Shown: one piece after another, positions 1 through 9,253 of the stretch
Numbering within the stretch: position 1 is the first letter of the stretch
Layout of the letters: the number at the start of each line of letters is the position of its first letter
Assembly (NCBI GenBank): GCA_043743435.1
Contig: JAYTWN010000242.1
Coordinates: 1 to 37,269 of the forward strand
Source: Acidimicrobiia bacterium
GTDB taxonomy: Bacteria > Actinomycetota > Acidimicrobiia > Acidimicrobiales > JANYDT01
Length of the DNA stretch: 37,269 nt
Direction of reading: 5' to 3'
Position numbers and translations under genes: made by a program
Notes under the pieces: model-generated
The model's input: only the letters and a program-made list of their open reading frames with translations
Told to the model about the DNA's origin: nothing
The model's database searches: none

Positions 1-1
1 T

Positions 2-562
2 GATGTACTCACTTCGACCGGGCGTAAGTGGCTCCGAGGCCCCAGAGGAACCGGGTTGCTCTACGTCCGCGATTCACTCGCCGAACGTTGCGATCCACCA
101 GGGCTTGACGGTATCTCGGGTAACTGGATCGACGCCTATGACTACTCACTGGTCTCAGGTGCTCGGCGCTTCGAAGAGTTTGAGACGTGCGTGGCGGCAC
201 GAGTGGGATTTGCTAATGCGCTGAGAGAACTCGAAACCCTAGGTATACAGAACGTTCGAAACCGCCTGGTCCTTCTCTCAGAATATCTCCGCTCAGGTCT
301 AGCTGCGACCGGAGCCACCGTGCTCGATGGCAACGGCGAACGAAGCGCCATTGTTACGTGGCGTGTGCCGGGGGTCGATGCCGGCGTCGTCGTCGAATCG
401 GCCAACGCTGCCAATATCACCATCAACGCATCGATCGCGGCGTTCTCCCGCCTCGATATGGGAGCGAAGGGTCAAAGCAGTGTCGTTCGAGCCACCCCCC
501 ACATTTACAACACCACCGAAGAACTCGACCGCCTTATCGACGTAGTAGGCACACTGATCTGA
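2..562 (+). CDS. Class V aminotransferase / cysteine desulfurase-family PLP enzyme, C-terminal part (5' end lies outside the window)
   Basis: Frame 2 is open from the window edge. Translation from nt 2 reads DVLTSTGRKWLRGPRGTGLLYVRDS, the PLP-lysine region typical of class V aminotransferases. A typical small C-terminal domain follows (TPHIYNTTEELDRLIDVV). Stop TGA at 560-562. Confidence 0.8.
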   Translation, partial: DVLTSTGRKWLRGPRGTGLLYVRDSLAERCDPPGLDGISGNWIDAYDYSLVSGARRFEEFETCVAARVGFANALRELETLGIQNVRNRLVLLSEYLRSGLAATGATVLDGNGERSAIVTWRVPGVDAGVVVESANAANITINASIAAFSRLDMGAKGQSSVVRATPHIYNTTEELDRLIDVVGTLI

Positions 563-686
563 CCAGATCAGTGTGGCTATGGAGACATTTGTCATGTGTG
601 GGAATGACAAAGGTCTGCGATGTAGTTAGCATGAGCAGACGCCGGTAGCCATGTTGGCACTGGACGTGAGAAAGGACGTGTTCGCC

Positions 687-1721
687 ATGAACACTGCATC
701 ATCTTCCTCGGCCACGCCGATACCCGCCCCGATGCTTGTGCCGGTAGTTGCCGGTAAGCCCGCCCGTGCCCCCCGCCGCATCACTGCCCCGGCCATCATG
801 GCTAACAAGAGCGGCGCAAAGGGCACGAACCCTCGCCTCGTTATGGTCACCGCGTATGACGCACCCAGCGCGAAAATCGCTCACCGCGCCGGTGCCGACA
901 TGATCCTCGTCGGTGACTCGTTGGCCATGGTCGTCCTCGGTTACGACGACACACTGCAAGTAACCACCCAAGACATGGCCCACCACACGGCCGCAGTCAC
1001 TCGTGGACTGAACGTTTCTGAGGCCAGCGGCTGCACCAAAGACCGTCCGCTCATCGTGGGTGACCTGCCCTGGATGAGCTACCACCTCTCCACCGACGAC
1101 GCCGTCCGCAACGCTGCACTGTTGATGCGAGCTGGTGCCACCTGCGTGAAGCTCGAAGGTGGCCGCAAGCGTCTCCCGGTTATTCAAGCGATCCTCGACG
1201 CCGAAATTCCCGTTATGGGTCATATCGGCCTCACTCCGCAATCGGTCAACTCTATGGGCGGATTTAAAGTGCAGGGCCGCCAAGTTGCCGCCGCCGAACA
1301 ACTCATCTCCGACGCTAAAGCCCTCGAAGCTGCCGGTTGCTTTGCCATCGTGCTCGAAGCCATCCCCGATGCCCTAGCCCGTGTCGTCACCGAATCGATC
1401 AACATCCCTACCATCGGAATTGGCGCCGGCCCCCACTGCGACGGTCAAGTTCTGGTTTGGCATGACCTGCTCGGGCTTGATGATCGCTTGGCCCCCAAGT
1501 TCGTTCGTAAGTATGCAGAGCTTGGTCTTGCTGCCCAAGACGCGGTTGCCGCCTACGCTGCCGACGTGCGCTCCGGAGCCTTCCCCAGTGCCGCCGAAAG
1601 CTATGCCGCCTCCTCTGAGCTCACGAACGCCCTGGTGGAGTTCACCGGCGCAGACCTCGACGAAGAACTCTTCGCCGACACCGACGATCTCCTCATTGCG
1701 CTGTACGGCAGCAGTCGCTAA
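687..1721 (+). CDS. panB: 3-methyl-2-oxobutanoate hydroxymethyltransferase (ketopantoate hydroxymethyltransferase)
   Basis: Core motifs are LVMVTAYDAPSAKIAHRAGADMILVGDSLAMVVLGYDDT, VKLEGG, IPVMGHIGLTPQS, GGFKVQGR and PTIGIGAGPHCDGQVLVWHD. The start is uncertain: the ORF opens at 651, ATG 687 has AAAGGA about 10 nt upstream, and ATG 732 is also possible. An acidic C-terminal tail of about 38 aa extends beyond the usual PanB end. Confidence 0.92.
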   Translation: MNTASSSSATPIPAPMLVPVVAGKPARAPRRITAPAIMANKSGAKGTNPRLVMVTAYDAPSAKIAHRAGADMILVGDSLAMVVLGYDDTLQVTTQDMAHHTAAVTRGLNVSEASGCTKDRPLIVGDLPWMSYHLSTDDAVRNAALLMRAGATCVKLEGGRKRLPVIQAILDAEIPVMGHIGLTPQSVNSMGGFKVQGRQVAAAEQLISDAKALEAAGCFAIVLEAIPDALARVVTESINIPTIGIGAGPHCDGQVLVWHDLLGLDDRLAPKFVRKYAELGLAAQDAVAAYAADVRSGAFPSAAESYAASSELTNALVEFTGADLDEELFADTDDLLIALYGSSR

Positions 1722-1766
1722 GCACCCTCCGGCAGTTCGCTGCCGGTAGGGAAGGGTTGTACGAAC

Positions 1767-1798
1767 AACGATCCCCGGCTTCGTCGGGGATCGTTTGC
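1767..1798 (+). terminator. Rho-independent terminator candidate downstream of panB
   Basis: There is a perfect 11-bp stem, AACGATCCCCG (1767-1777) with CGGGGATCGTT (1785-1795), followed by a short T-containing tract, TGCATTC. A second small hairpin, CCGGCAG-TTCG-CTGCCGG, lies just upstream (about 1729-1746). Confidence 0.55.
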
Positions 1799-1937
1799 AT
1801 TCGGGCGCAGCATCAAAACGAGGCGGGGCCGACTGGGTCACCCGGACTCGCGGTGCAGCTTTGCGACCGGCAAGCCCATTCGGCCGCGGGAGGGCGTTTT
1901 CTTGGGTTGGCGCCGTTGAGTCAGTACGCTTCGAGCC

Positions 1938-3884
1938 ATGCGAAGCCGTCGAAGCAACCAAGTTGTCAAAGCACAATCGCTTGTGCGACGAACCTCAGCC
2001 CTAGCCGGCCTCACCCTCTGCGCTTTAGCGGTACTCGCACCTTTGTCCAGTGCGGCTCAAATCCGAACTCAAGGCGAGCTCCAAGCTTTTGGCGACCGCA
2101 CAAAACGCTTTGAGACCGTCCTCGACGTGCAGGCCAACGGCGACATGATCGTTACGGAAACCATCACCCAAGAATTCCAAGAACCCAACCGCCACGGCAT
2201 CGAACGGTTCATCCCGGAAACCCAAAACATCTCGTCGGATGGAGGGAAAGCAACGTATCGCCAATACCCAATTTCTGACGTCACGGTGGAAGCCGATGCG
2301 AGCACTCCATCACAAATCAGCATGAAACGAACAGGCTCCGACCCTGAAAAAATTCTGCGGATTCGGGTGGGTGACCCCAATGAAATCGTCCGAGGAACCC
2401 ATACGTATACCGTTCGCTACCTGGTCAAGGCCGTCGCCACCCGGTTTGAAAAAGACGAACCCGACAACCCCGCACACGATGAGCTCTACTGGAACGGCAT
2501 TGGGAACTCTTGGCGTCAACCGATCGACGTTGCCAAAGTAACGGTGAAGCTCCCCGCCAACATCACCCGGATTGCCTGTTTCACTGGGTACGTCGGATCC
2601 AAGACCCCGTGTGACGGAACTCCGAGCGGCCAAGAGGCAACCTTCAACCTGTCCTCGTTGCCCGCAGGCGATGCCATCACGGTGGTCGTTGGCAGTGCTC
2701 TGAACTCCTTGACAATCAACCCGTTGATTGTCGTTGAGGACAGCGGGCTCGTGAAACTACTGAAAAGTTCGTACCTGGGCATCCTGGCCTTTTTGGGTGG
2801 GGCTATCGCCGTCGTGCCCAAACTGTCCCGTGCTGGACGAGACCGTGCCTTTGCAGGATTGGCCCTTTCTGCATCCCAAGGGGAAGAAGGAACGGCAGTT
2901 GATAGACCCATCCGACGAGCCGACAAACGGGAAGGGCCCGTGGAGTTTGGTCCCCCCGAAAACGCCCGACCAGCGTTGCTCGGCGCGCTGGAAAAGCTGG
3001 GCGGAACGAAGGAACACATGACGGCGACGATCATCGACTTGGCTTCTCGTGGCTATTTGATTATCAATGAGGAACCAGACACCTGGCGTCTTCACCGCAC
3101 CCCTCTTGGCACATCTCTTGGCACATCTGCGCTAGCGCAAAGCCCCGGTAATGGCAACGGCATGGTTCCTAGCTTCAACAGCCGCAAAAACCCACCGCTC
3201 CACGACTACGAAATTCAGCTGCTGAACGATCTGTTTGCGTCGGGTGCAGAGGTTCGGTTGTCGGATCTCGACGACACGTTCGCTTCCAAGTACGCAGCCT
3301 TCGTGGGCCGGATTACCCAGGAAATCACCACCCATAAATGGACTACCGGCAATCCCACCACGGTTAAAGCTAAAGCCGCTGCCCCAGGGGGTTTGGCCAT
3401 CGTGCTCGGCATTGCGTCGCTGTTCCTGCACGTCGGACACGGTATCGCTGTTGGCTTGTTCGCGCTCGGCGCTCTTATCCTGGTGGTCGCCCAAGCTGCC
3501 CCGGCCAGGTCAAGTGCTGGGTCGGCCATGTTGGCCCGCACACAGGGTTTCCGGAGATTCCTTCTCGCTGGAGAACCACGACTTGAACACGCCGAACGGG
3601 CAAAGCTCTTCATTGATTTCCTGCCCTACGCCGTTGGATTCGGTATCACCAAACAATGGTCAAAACGCTTCGAAGACCTCACCTCGCTTCCTGAGACGGG
3701 CTGGTACCGAGGGCACGGACCAATGAGTCCGGTGATTTTCGGTGGTCGAATCAATGATTTTGACCGCAAAGCTTCAACGAACCTGACCAGCACCCCAACC
3801 CCAACCAACTCTGGCGGAGGCTCCGGATTTTCGGGCGGTTCCAGCGGAGGCGGCGGAGGTGGTGGTGGCGGCGGAAGCTGGTAG
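1938..3884 (+). CDS. DUF2207-family membrane protein (signal peptide, extracellular domain, C-terminal TM segments, poly-Gly tail)
   Basis: N-terminal signal-like segment RRTSALAGLTLCALAVLAPLSSAAQ. DUF2207-like N-domain (IVTETITQEF..HGIERFIP). Hydrophobic segments (LGILAFLGGAIAVV; GGLAIVLGIASLFLHVGHGIAVGLFALGALILVVA). Characteristic tail SGGGSGFSGGSSGGGGGGGGGGSW. Confidence 0.72.
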   Translation: MRSRRSNQVVKAQSLVRRTSALAGLTLCALAVLAPLSSAAQIRTQGELQAFGDRTKRFETVLDVQANGDMIVTETITQEFQEPNRHGIERFIPETQNISSDGGKATYRQYPISDVTVEADASTPSQISMKRTGSDPEKILRIRVGDPNEIVRGTHTYTVRYLVKAVATRFEKDEPDNPAHDELYWNGIGNSWRQPIDVAKVTVKLPANITRIACFTGYVGSKTPCDGTPSGQEATFNLSSLPAGDAITVVVGSALNSLTINPLIVVEDSGLVKLLKSSYLGILAFLGGAIAVVPKLSRAGRDRAFAGLALSASQGEEGTAVDRPIRRADKREGPVEFGPPENARPALLGALEKLGGTKEHMTATIIDLASRGYLIINEEPDTWRLHRTPLGTSLGTSALAQSPGNGNGMVPSFNSRKNPPLHDYEIQLLNDLFASGAEVRLSDLDDTFASKYAAFVGRITQEITTHKWTTGNPTTVKAKAAAPGGLAIVLGIASLFLHVGHGIAVGLFALGALILVVAQAAPARSSAGSAMLARTQGFRRFLLAGEPRLEHAERAKLFIDFLPYAVGFGITKQWSKRFEDLTSLPETGWYRGHGPMSPVIFGGRINDFDRKASTNLTSTPTPTNSGGGSGFSGGSSGGGGGGGGGGSW

Positions 3885-4207
3885 CCAAGCGAGGAGAAGA
3901 CCAACCCTTCGATGCCGACGTGGCCAAGCTCTTCGCTCATATCCACAAAATGGCTTTTCACGTCGGCAAAAAATGGCTGTTCTCGTTATCAAAAGGTGTG
4001 TGTTCTCGGGAAAATCGGGTGGAATCAGTAGGTGTACTGACCGAGTACTATTAGCGACTCCTCTTAACGCCGGTCCGCCTGTGTCTTTGCTGAGCCGCAA
4101 GGCAGTACTCCAGCAGAGATCAGCTTCGATCGAAAACGTTGGCGAGGCCCTGCATCGGACCGTCCGGTGCCCCACTCGAAAGAGCGGGACCAGAGGGAGG
4201 TAATACC

Positions 4208-4579
4208 TTGGCCCCTAGGCCCTATGAAGTAATGGTCATCGTCGATTCGACGCTTGACGATGAAGTTGTTCAGAGCGTTCTGAAACGTACTTCCACCATG
4301 ATCACCACCAAGTTCAACGGCACCCTTGGGCGCACCGAGAAGTGGGGCCGGCGCAAGCTTGCCTACGAGATCGAAAAGAAGACCGACGGCTATTACACGC
4401 TGATCGAATTCACCGCAGAGCCAACCGAGATCAAAGAACTTGATCGTCAGTTGTTCTTGGCCGATGAAATTCTTCGCCACAAGATCATCCTGGTTCCAGC
4501 CGCTGGCGCCGGACGCTCACTCGACCAACCACCACCATTGGATGAAATTGCATCCGGTGGCGGTCGCGATCGCGACTGA
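4208..4579 (+). CDS. rpsF: 30S ribosomal protein S6
   Basis: RPYEVMVIVDSTLDDE...GRTEKWGRRKLAYEIEKKTDGYYTLIEF...ADEILRHKII. The likely start is TTG 4208, 7 nt after GGGAGG (4195-4200). The longer ORF from 4139 is probably not used. Confidence 0.93.
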   Translation: MAPRPYEVMVIVDSTLDDEVVQSVLKRTSTMITTKFNGTLGRTEKWGRRKLAYEIEKKTDGYYTLIEFTAEPTEIKELDRQLFLADEILRHKIILVPAAGAGRSLDQPPPLDEIASGGGRDRD

Positions 4580-4587
4580 GCCCAGCC

Positions 4588-5079
4588 ATGTCGGGAAACA
4601 ACATCACCATCATGGGTAACGTAACCCGTGACCCGGAGCTGCGTTTCACCGCAAGCGGTCAAGCAACCGCCACCTTTGGCATTGCTGTAAACCGCCGCTG
4701 GCAGAACCGCCAAACCAACGAATGGGAAGAAGCCGTCTCATTTTTCAACGTCGTCACCTGGCGTGAACTTGCGGAAAATGCTGCAGAGTCACTCCACAAA
4801 GGCACTCGCGTGCTGGTGTCTGGTCGCCTAGAGCAACGCTCATGGGAAACCGCCGACGGAGAAAAAAAGACCGTCGTCGACATTGTTGCTGATGAAGTTG
4901 GACCAAGCCTGCGTTATGCGTCGGCCACGGTTACCCGCAATGAGCGTCGCACTGGCGATGCACCCTCCGATGGAGGCCCCCGCAATAGCGGACCAAGTAC
5001 CCAAAGCCGCCCAGCCTCTGCCCCCGCTGCCAATGCGGAACCGGCCGGTGGATACGAATACGATGAGGAGCCCTTCTAA
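4588..5079 (+). CDS. ssb: Single-stranded DNA-binding protein
   Basis: OB-fold N-terminus [35 protein letters not shown]...[14 protein letters not shown] Gly/Pro-rich linker follows, then the acidic C-terminal tip YEYDEEPF. Confidence 0.95.
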   Translation: MSGNNITIMGNVTRDPELRFTASGQATATFGIAVNRRWQNRQTNEWEEAVSFFNVVTWRELAENAAESLHKGTRVLVSGRLEQRSWETADGEKKTVVDIVADEVGPSLRYASATVTRNERRTGDAPSDGGPRNSGPSTQSRPASAPAANAEPAGGYEYDEEPF

Positions 5080-5498
5080 TGGGACGTAACAACGACAGAG
5101 ACCGCGGTACGAATACCAATTCCAAGCGGATCATCAAAGATGACAAGCGTCGTCCAGGTAAAAAGAAGGTCATGATCGTCCGTGAGGGCGCATTCGTTGA
5201 CTACAAAGACATCAACATGCTTCGCAAGTTCATGTCTGATCGCGGCAAGATCCGTAGCCGTCGCGTTTCTGGCCTTTCGGTCCAGATGCAGCGTGACATT
5301 GCTGTGGCCATCAAAACAGCCCGTGAACTAGCGCTGTTGCCTTATGCAACTCGCACGGTAAGCGAAGGTCGTGGCCCCCGTGGTGGTCGTGGTCCACGTC
5401 GCGACAAGGATGCTCCAGCGAATGGCGCCGATGTCAACGAAGACACAGCAGCCGATGCCGGTGACGACGATGATGACGCTGAAGAAGTGGAGGCGTAA
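5079..5498 (+). CDS. rpsR: 30S ribosomal protein S18 with an unusually long C-terminal extension
   Basis: Core [49 protein letters not shown]. The ATG overlaps the ssb stop (TAATG). About 49 extra residues follow the conserved LLPY end. Confidence 0.93.
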   Translation: MGRNNDRDRGTNTNSKRIIKDDKRRPGKKKVMIVREGAFVDYKDINMLRKFMSDRGKIRSRRVSGLSVQMQRDIAVAIKTARELALLPYATRTVSEGRGPRGGRGPRRDKDAPANGADVNEDTAADAGDDDDDAEEVEA

Positions 5499-5500
5499 TC

Positions 5501-5947
5501 ATGCCGCAAGTTATTCTTCGTGCTGATGTAACTGGTCTGGGAAAGCGCGGCGACATCGTCGAGGCTTCCGATGGCTACATCCGGAACTTCTTAGTGCCCC
5601 GCAAGCTCGCTATGCCCGCTGCTGCTGGCACGGTTGAGCAAGCCGCCAAGATGCGTAAATCCCGCGATCTTCGTGACGCTAAGGACCGTGCTGCTGGCGA
5701 GACCATCGCTCGTGCCTTGGTAGCTACGCCGATCAACATTTCGGCTAAAGCCCACGATGGCAAGTTGTTCGGTTCCGTTTCCGCTGCGCAGATCGTTGAA
5801 GCCGTAAAGGCCCAAACCTCCGTTGAGCTCGAAACCCGCACCGTGCACATCACCGACGCCATCAAGACCGTCGGCACCCACTCGGTCAACGTAAAGCTGC
5901 ACTCCGACGTGCTGTTTGCCATCACCGTTGAGGTTGCCGCCGCTTAG
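5501..5947 (+). CDS. rplI: 50S ribosomal protein L9
   Basis: MPQVILRADVTGLGKRGDIVEASDGYIRNFLVPRKLA is the canonical L9 N-domain. The length of 148 aa is typical. It starts 2 nt after the rpsR stop. Confidence 0.95.
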   Translation: MPQVILRADVTGLGKRGDIVEASDGYIRNFLVPRKLAMPAAAGTVEQAAKMRKSRDLRDAKDRAAGETIARALVATPINISAKAHDGKLFGSVSAAQIVEAVKAQTSVELETRTVHITDAIKTVGTHSVNVKLHSDVLFAITVEVAAA

Positions 5948-5980
5948 TTTTGGGTTCAGCTTTTTGCTCCACCCGATTTT

Positions 5981-6014
5981 CAAACGACCGGCTCCTTCAA
6001 GGGCCGGTCGTTTG
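5981..6014 (+). terminator. Rho-independent terminator of the rpsF-ssb-rpsR-rplI operon
   Basis: There is a perfect 12-bp stem, CAAACGACCGGC (5981-5992) with GCCGGTCGTTTG (6003-6014), and a 10-nt loop. The sequence CATTTCATCT follows. Confidence 0.7.
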
Positions 6015-6125
6015 CATTTCATCTGCGCGCATACCAAGCCGTCAAAGGGTCGTTGTTAAGGACCTCTCGCCGCGCGTTTGAAGGTCGAACCGAGACGCGC
6101 CATTCGGTTGCTGGTGTCTGTCACC

Positions 6126-6419
6126 ATGGTTGCCGTGACAACCTTTGCCGAGTTCCAAGAACTAATCGAAGCCACCTATGGAACCCGGGATCGAGCCCGC
6201 GGTCAAGCAGCAACGGTGGCGTGGCTGTGCGAAGAAGTCGGCGAGTTAGCGAAAGCTGCTCGCAAAGGCACCCGCGAAGAGCAACTCCACGAACTGGCCG
6301 ACGTCGTCGCCTGGGTTGCCTCTCTCGCCAACCAGCTTGACCTGTCAATAGAGGAAGCCATCACCCGCTACGCGCAAGGCTGCCCGCGCTGCAAAACAGC
6401 TCCTTGCACCTGCCTGTAA
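6126..6419 (+). CDS. Small MazG-like nucleotide pyrophosphohydrolase-family protein
   Basis: FAEFQELIEATYG...AATVAWLCEEVGELAKAARKG...LHELADVVAWVASLANQLDLSIEEAI is the EExxE/ExxD-type all-alpha MazG pattern. The start is uncertain: TTG 6078, GTG 6114 or ATG 6126. The C-terminus is GCPRCKTAPCTCL. Confidence 0.7.
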   Translation: MVAVTTFAEFQELIEATYGTRDRARGQAATVAWLCEEVGELAKAARKGTREEQLHELADVVAWVASLANQLDLSIEEAITRYAQGCPRCKTAPCTCL

Positions 6420-6432
6420 CAGGGAGGGTGTC

Positions 6433-7575
<1,143 letters not shown>

Positions 7576-7666
7576 TTAGGGGGCGGTACTCAAATCCTCT
7601 TTACCGGTCGAAACTGAAATTTCGCCCACTAAGGCCTTTTCTCAGTGCCACTGCAGGAAAAAGCAT

Positions 7667-7775
7667 TAACGCATGTGCGCGTAAATCATTGCGTCGTGTC
7701 CTGGTGATACTTGCCTTGTTGGTGCTGGCAACTGAGGTCAAAACACTACGCAATGACTTACGTTTCCCTGCACTA
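7667..7775 (-). mobile_element. MITE copy A (about 109 bp including flanking TA; inverted relative to copies B and C), located in the ask-asd spacer
   Basis: Its reverse complement aligns almost base for base with 28463-28571 and 30067-30172 (TAGTGCAGGGAAACGTAAGTCATTGCGTAGTGTTTTGACCTCAGTTGCCAGCACCAAC...CACGACGCAATGATTTACGCGCACATGC). One terminus is slightly degenerate: TAAC instead of TAGT. Confidence 0.8.
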
Positions 7776-7843
7776 GTGGGCGACATTTGGTGTGACCTGA
7801 ACCATCGAATCCAGAAAAAACCAGGTTTCAAGGAACCGCGAAC

Positions 7844-9109
7844 TTATGCAGCGTCGAGACCGAAAGCGGTGTGAAGTGCTTGCACCGCGGTTTCTACGTG
7901 GTCGGCTGCGATCACACATGACAGGCGGATGGTTGAGGTGGAGATCATCTCGATGTTCACACCTGCGTTGGCCAGGGTTTCGAACATGGTGGCCGATACG
8001 CCGGGGTTGGTGCGCATACCGGCGCCAACGAGCGACACCCGAGCGATGTTGGTTTGCGAGGTGACTGAAGCTGCACCGATGTCAGCCGAAACGGCGTTGC
8101 ACACTTCCAGGGCCGCGGGCAGATCTGATTTGGGGACGGTGAAGGAAATGTCGGTCTTCCCGTCGGTACCGGTGTTTTGCACGATCATGTCGACGTTGAC
8201 TCGGCGATCAGCCAAGGGGCGGAAAATGGCGGCCGAAACGCCAGGACGATCGGGCACTGCGCCAATGGTGATTTTGGCTTCCGACGTGTCATGGGTGATG
8301 CCAGAAACGATGGCCTGCTCCATGTTGCTCTCCTCATCGATGATGGTTCCCGGTTCCCAGGTGAAACTGGACCGGACGTGTAATTGCACATGGTGATTAC
8401 TGGCGTACTCCACGGCCCGAAGCGCAACAACGCCTGAACCGGAACCGGCCATTTCCAACATTTCTTCGAACGACACCCGAGCCATGCGATGCGCTTTGGG
8501 GGCGACTCGTGGATCAGCGGTGAACACCCCGGTTACGTCGGTATAGATCTCGCACGAATCGGCACCGAGCGCAGCAGCAACGGCAACGGCCGTGGTGTCA
8601 GATCCGCCGCGGCCCAGCGTGGTGATGTCTCGATCGGTGGACATGCCTTGGAATCCGGCAACGACAGGGACCATGCCCGCAGCCAATGCCGCTTTCAAAC
8701 GGTCGGCTTTTACCTCAAGAATTTTGGCTCGCCCGTGTTGGGTGTCGGTGAGAATTCCGGCCTGGGAACCGGTAAACGAAGCCGAAGGCACGCCAAGGTC
8801 GTCGATGGCCATGGCTACGAGCGCAGCGGAGATCCGTTCGCCCGTGGTGAGAAGCATGTCCATTTCACGGTTGTCGCCCTTGAGGGGAACGTCACCCTTT
8901 TTGGTGGCCTTTTCCACTGGGCCGGATTCGTTGGTGAGCACGGCGTTGGCCAGGCGAATCAGGTCGTCGGTGGTTTTGCCCATGGCGGACACGACGACAA
9001 CCACTTGATGGCCGCGCTTCACGGTTCGAGCCACGTTGTCGGCAACTTTACGAATACGTTCGGGATCGGAGACCGAAGAGCCGCCAAACTTTTGCACAAT
9101 CAAGGCCAC
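7844..9109 (-). CDS. lysC: Aspartate kinase (with two C-terminal ACT domains)
   Basis: MALIVQKFGGSSVSDPERI, VVVVSAMGKTTDDL, TTLGRGGSDTTAVAVAAAL and C-terminal ACT-type repeats. Length 421 aa. Confidence 0.95.
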   Translation of the reverse strand: MALIVQKFGGSSVSDPERIRKVADNVARTVKRGHQVVVVVSAMGKTTDDLIRLANAVLTNESGPVEKATKKGDVPLKGDNREMDMLLTTGERISAALVAMAIDDLGVPSASFTGSQAGILTDTQHGRAKILEVKADRLKAALAAGMVPVVAGFQGMSTDRDITTLGRGGSDTTAVAVAAALGADSCEIYTDVTGVFTADPRVAPKAHRMARVSFEEMLEMAGSGSGVVALRAVEYASNHHVQLHVRSSFTWEPGTIIDEESNMEQAIVSGITHDTSEAKITIGAVPDRPGVSAAIFRPLADRRVNVDMIVQNTGTDGKTDISFTVPKSDLPAALEVCNAVSADIGAASVTSQTNIARVSLVGAGMRTNPGVSATMFETLANAGVNIEMISTSTIRLSCVIAADHVETAVQALHTAFGLDAA

Positions 9110-9253
9110 GAGGCGAAGACCTTAGTCGGGGTGATCAGTGGTTCGTCCAGAGTTTGAAACAAAATCGAGCGGACCCGATATCCCGAAAAACTGGCATCCA
9201 AAAAACTCGCACACCAAAAGCTGAAGGCCGAAAAGAACCCTCGCGAGAGAGCC

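Noticed and set aside
3626-3961. A 111-aa minus-strand ORF with a PPPPPPPPPP run, overlapping the 3' end of the DUF2207 gene.
   Set aside because: The poly-Pro run is simply the reverse complement of the poly-Gly (GGN) tail of the DUF2207 protein. It is a shadow ORF with no independent support.
3885-4207. Possible structured S6:S18-binding leader upstream of rpsF. The hairpin GCCCCACUC-GAAA-GAGCGGGAC lies at about 4168-4190, just before the RBS.
   Set aside because: A small GNRA-type hairpin is visible. I cannot verify from memory that it matches the known rpsF leader motif, so it is too weak to call. It could be tested with an Rfam scan for ribosomal-protein leader models.
7601-7831. ORF-track proteins sharing the peptide SAGKRKSLRSVLTSVASTN / ARKSLRSVL..LATEVKTLRNDLRFPAL. 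They lie at 7515-7874, 7601-7831, 28395-28595, 28409-28621 and 29942-30250, and could look like a small conserved gene family.
   Set aside because: The shared peptides are produced on both strands by translating the three MITE copies. The similarity ends at the repeat borders, and the ORFs have no consistent starts, stops or RBS. They are repeat artefacts, not genes.
9110-9253. Lysine riboswitch (L-box) in the 144-nt region upstream of aspartate kinase.
   Set aside because: The region is too short for an L-box, and none of the conserved L-box helices or sequence blocks is recognisable by eye.
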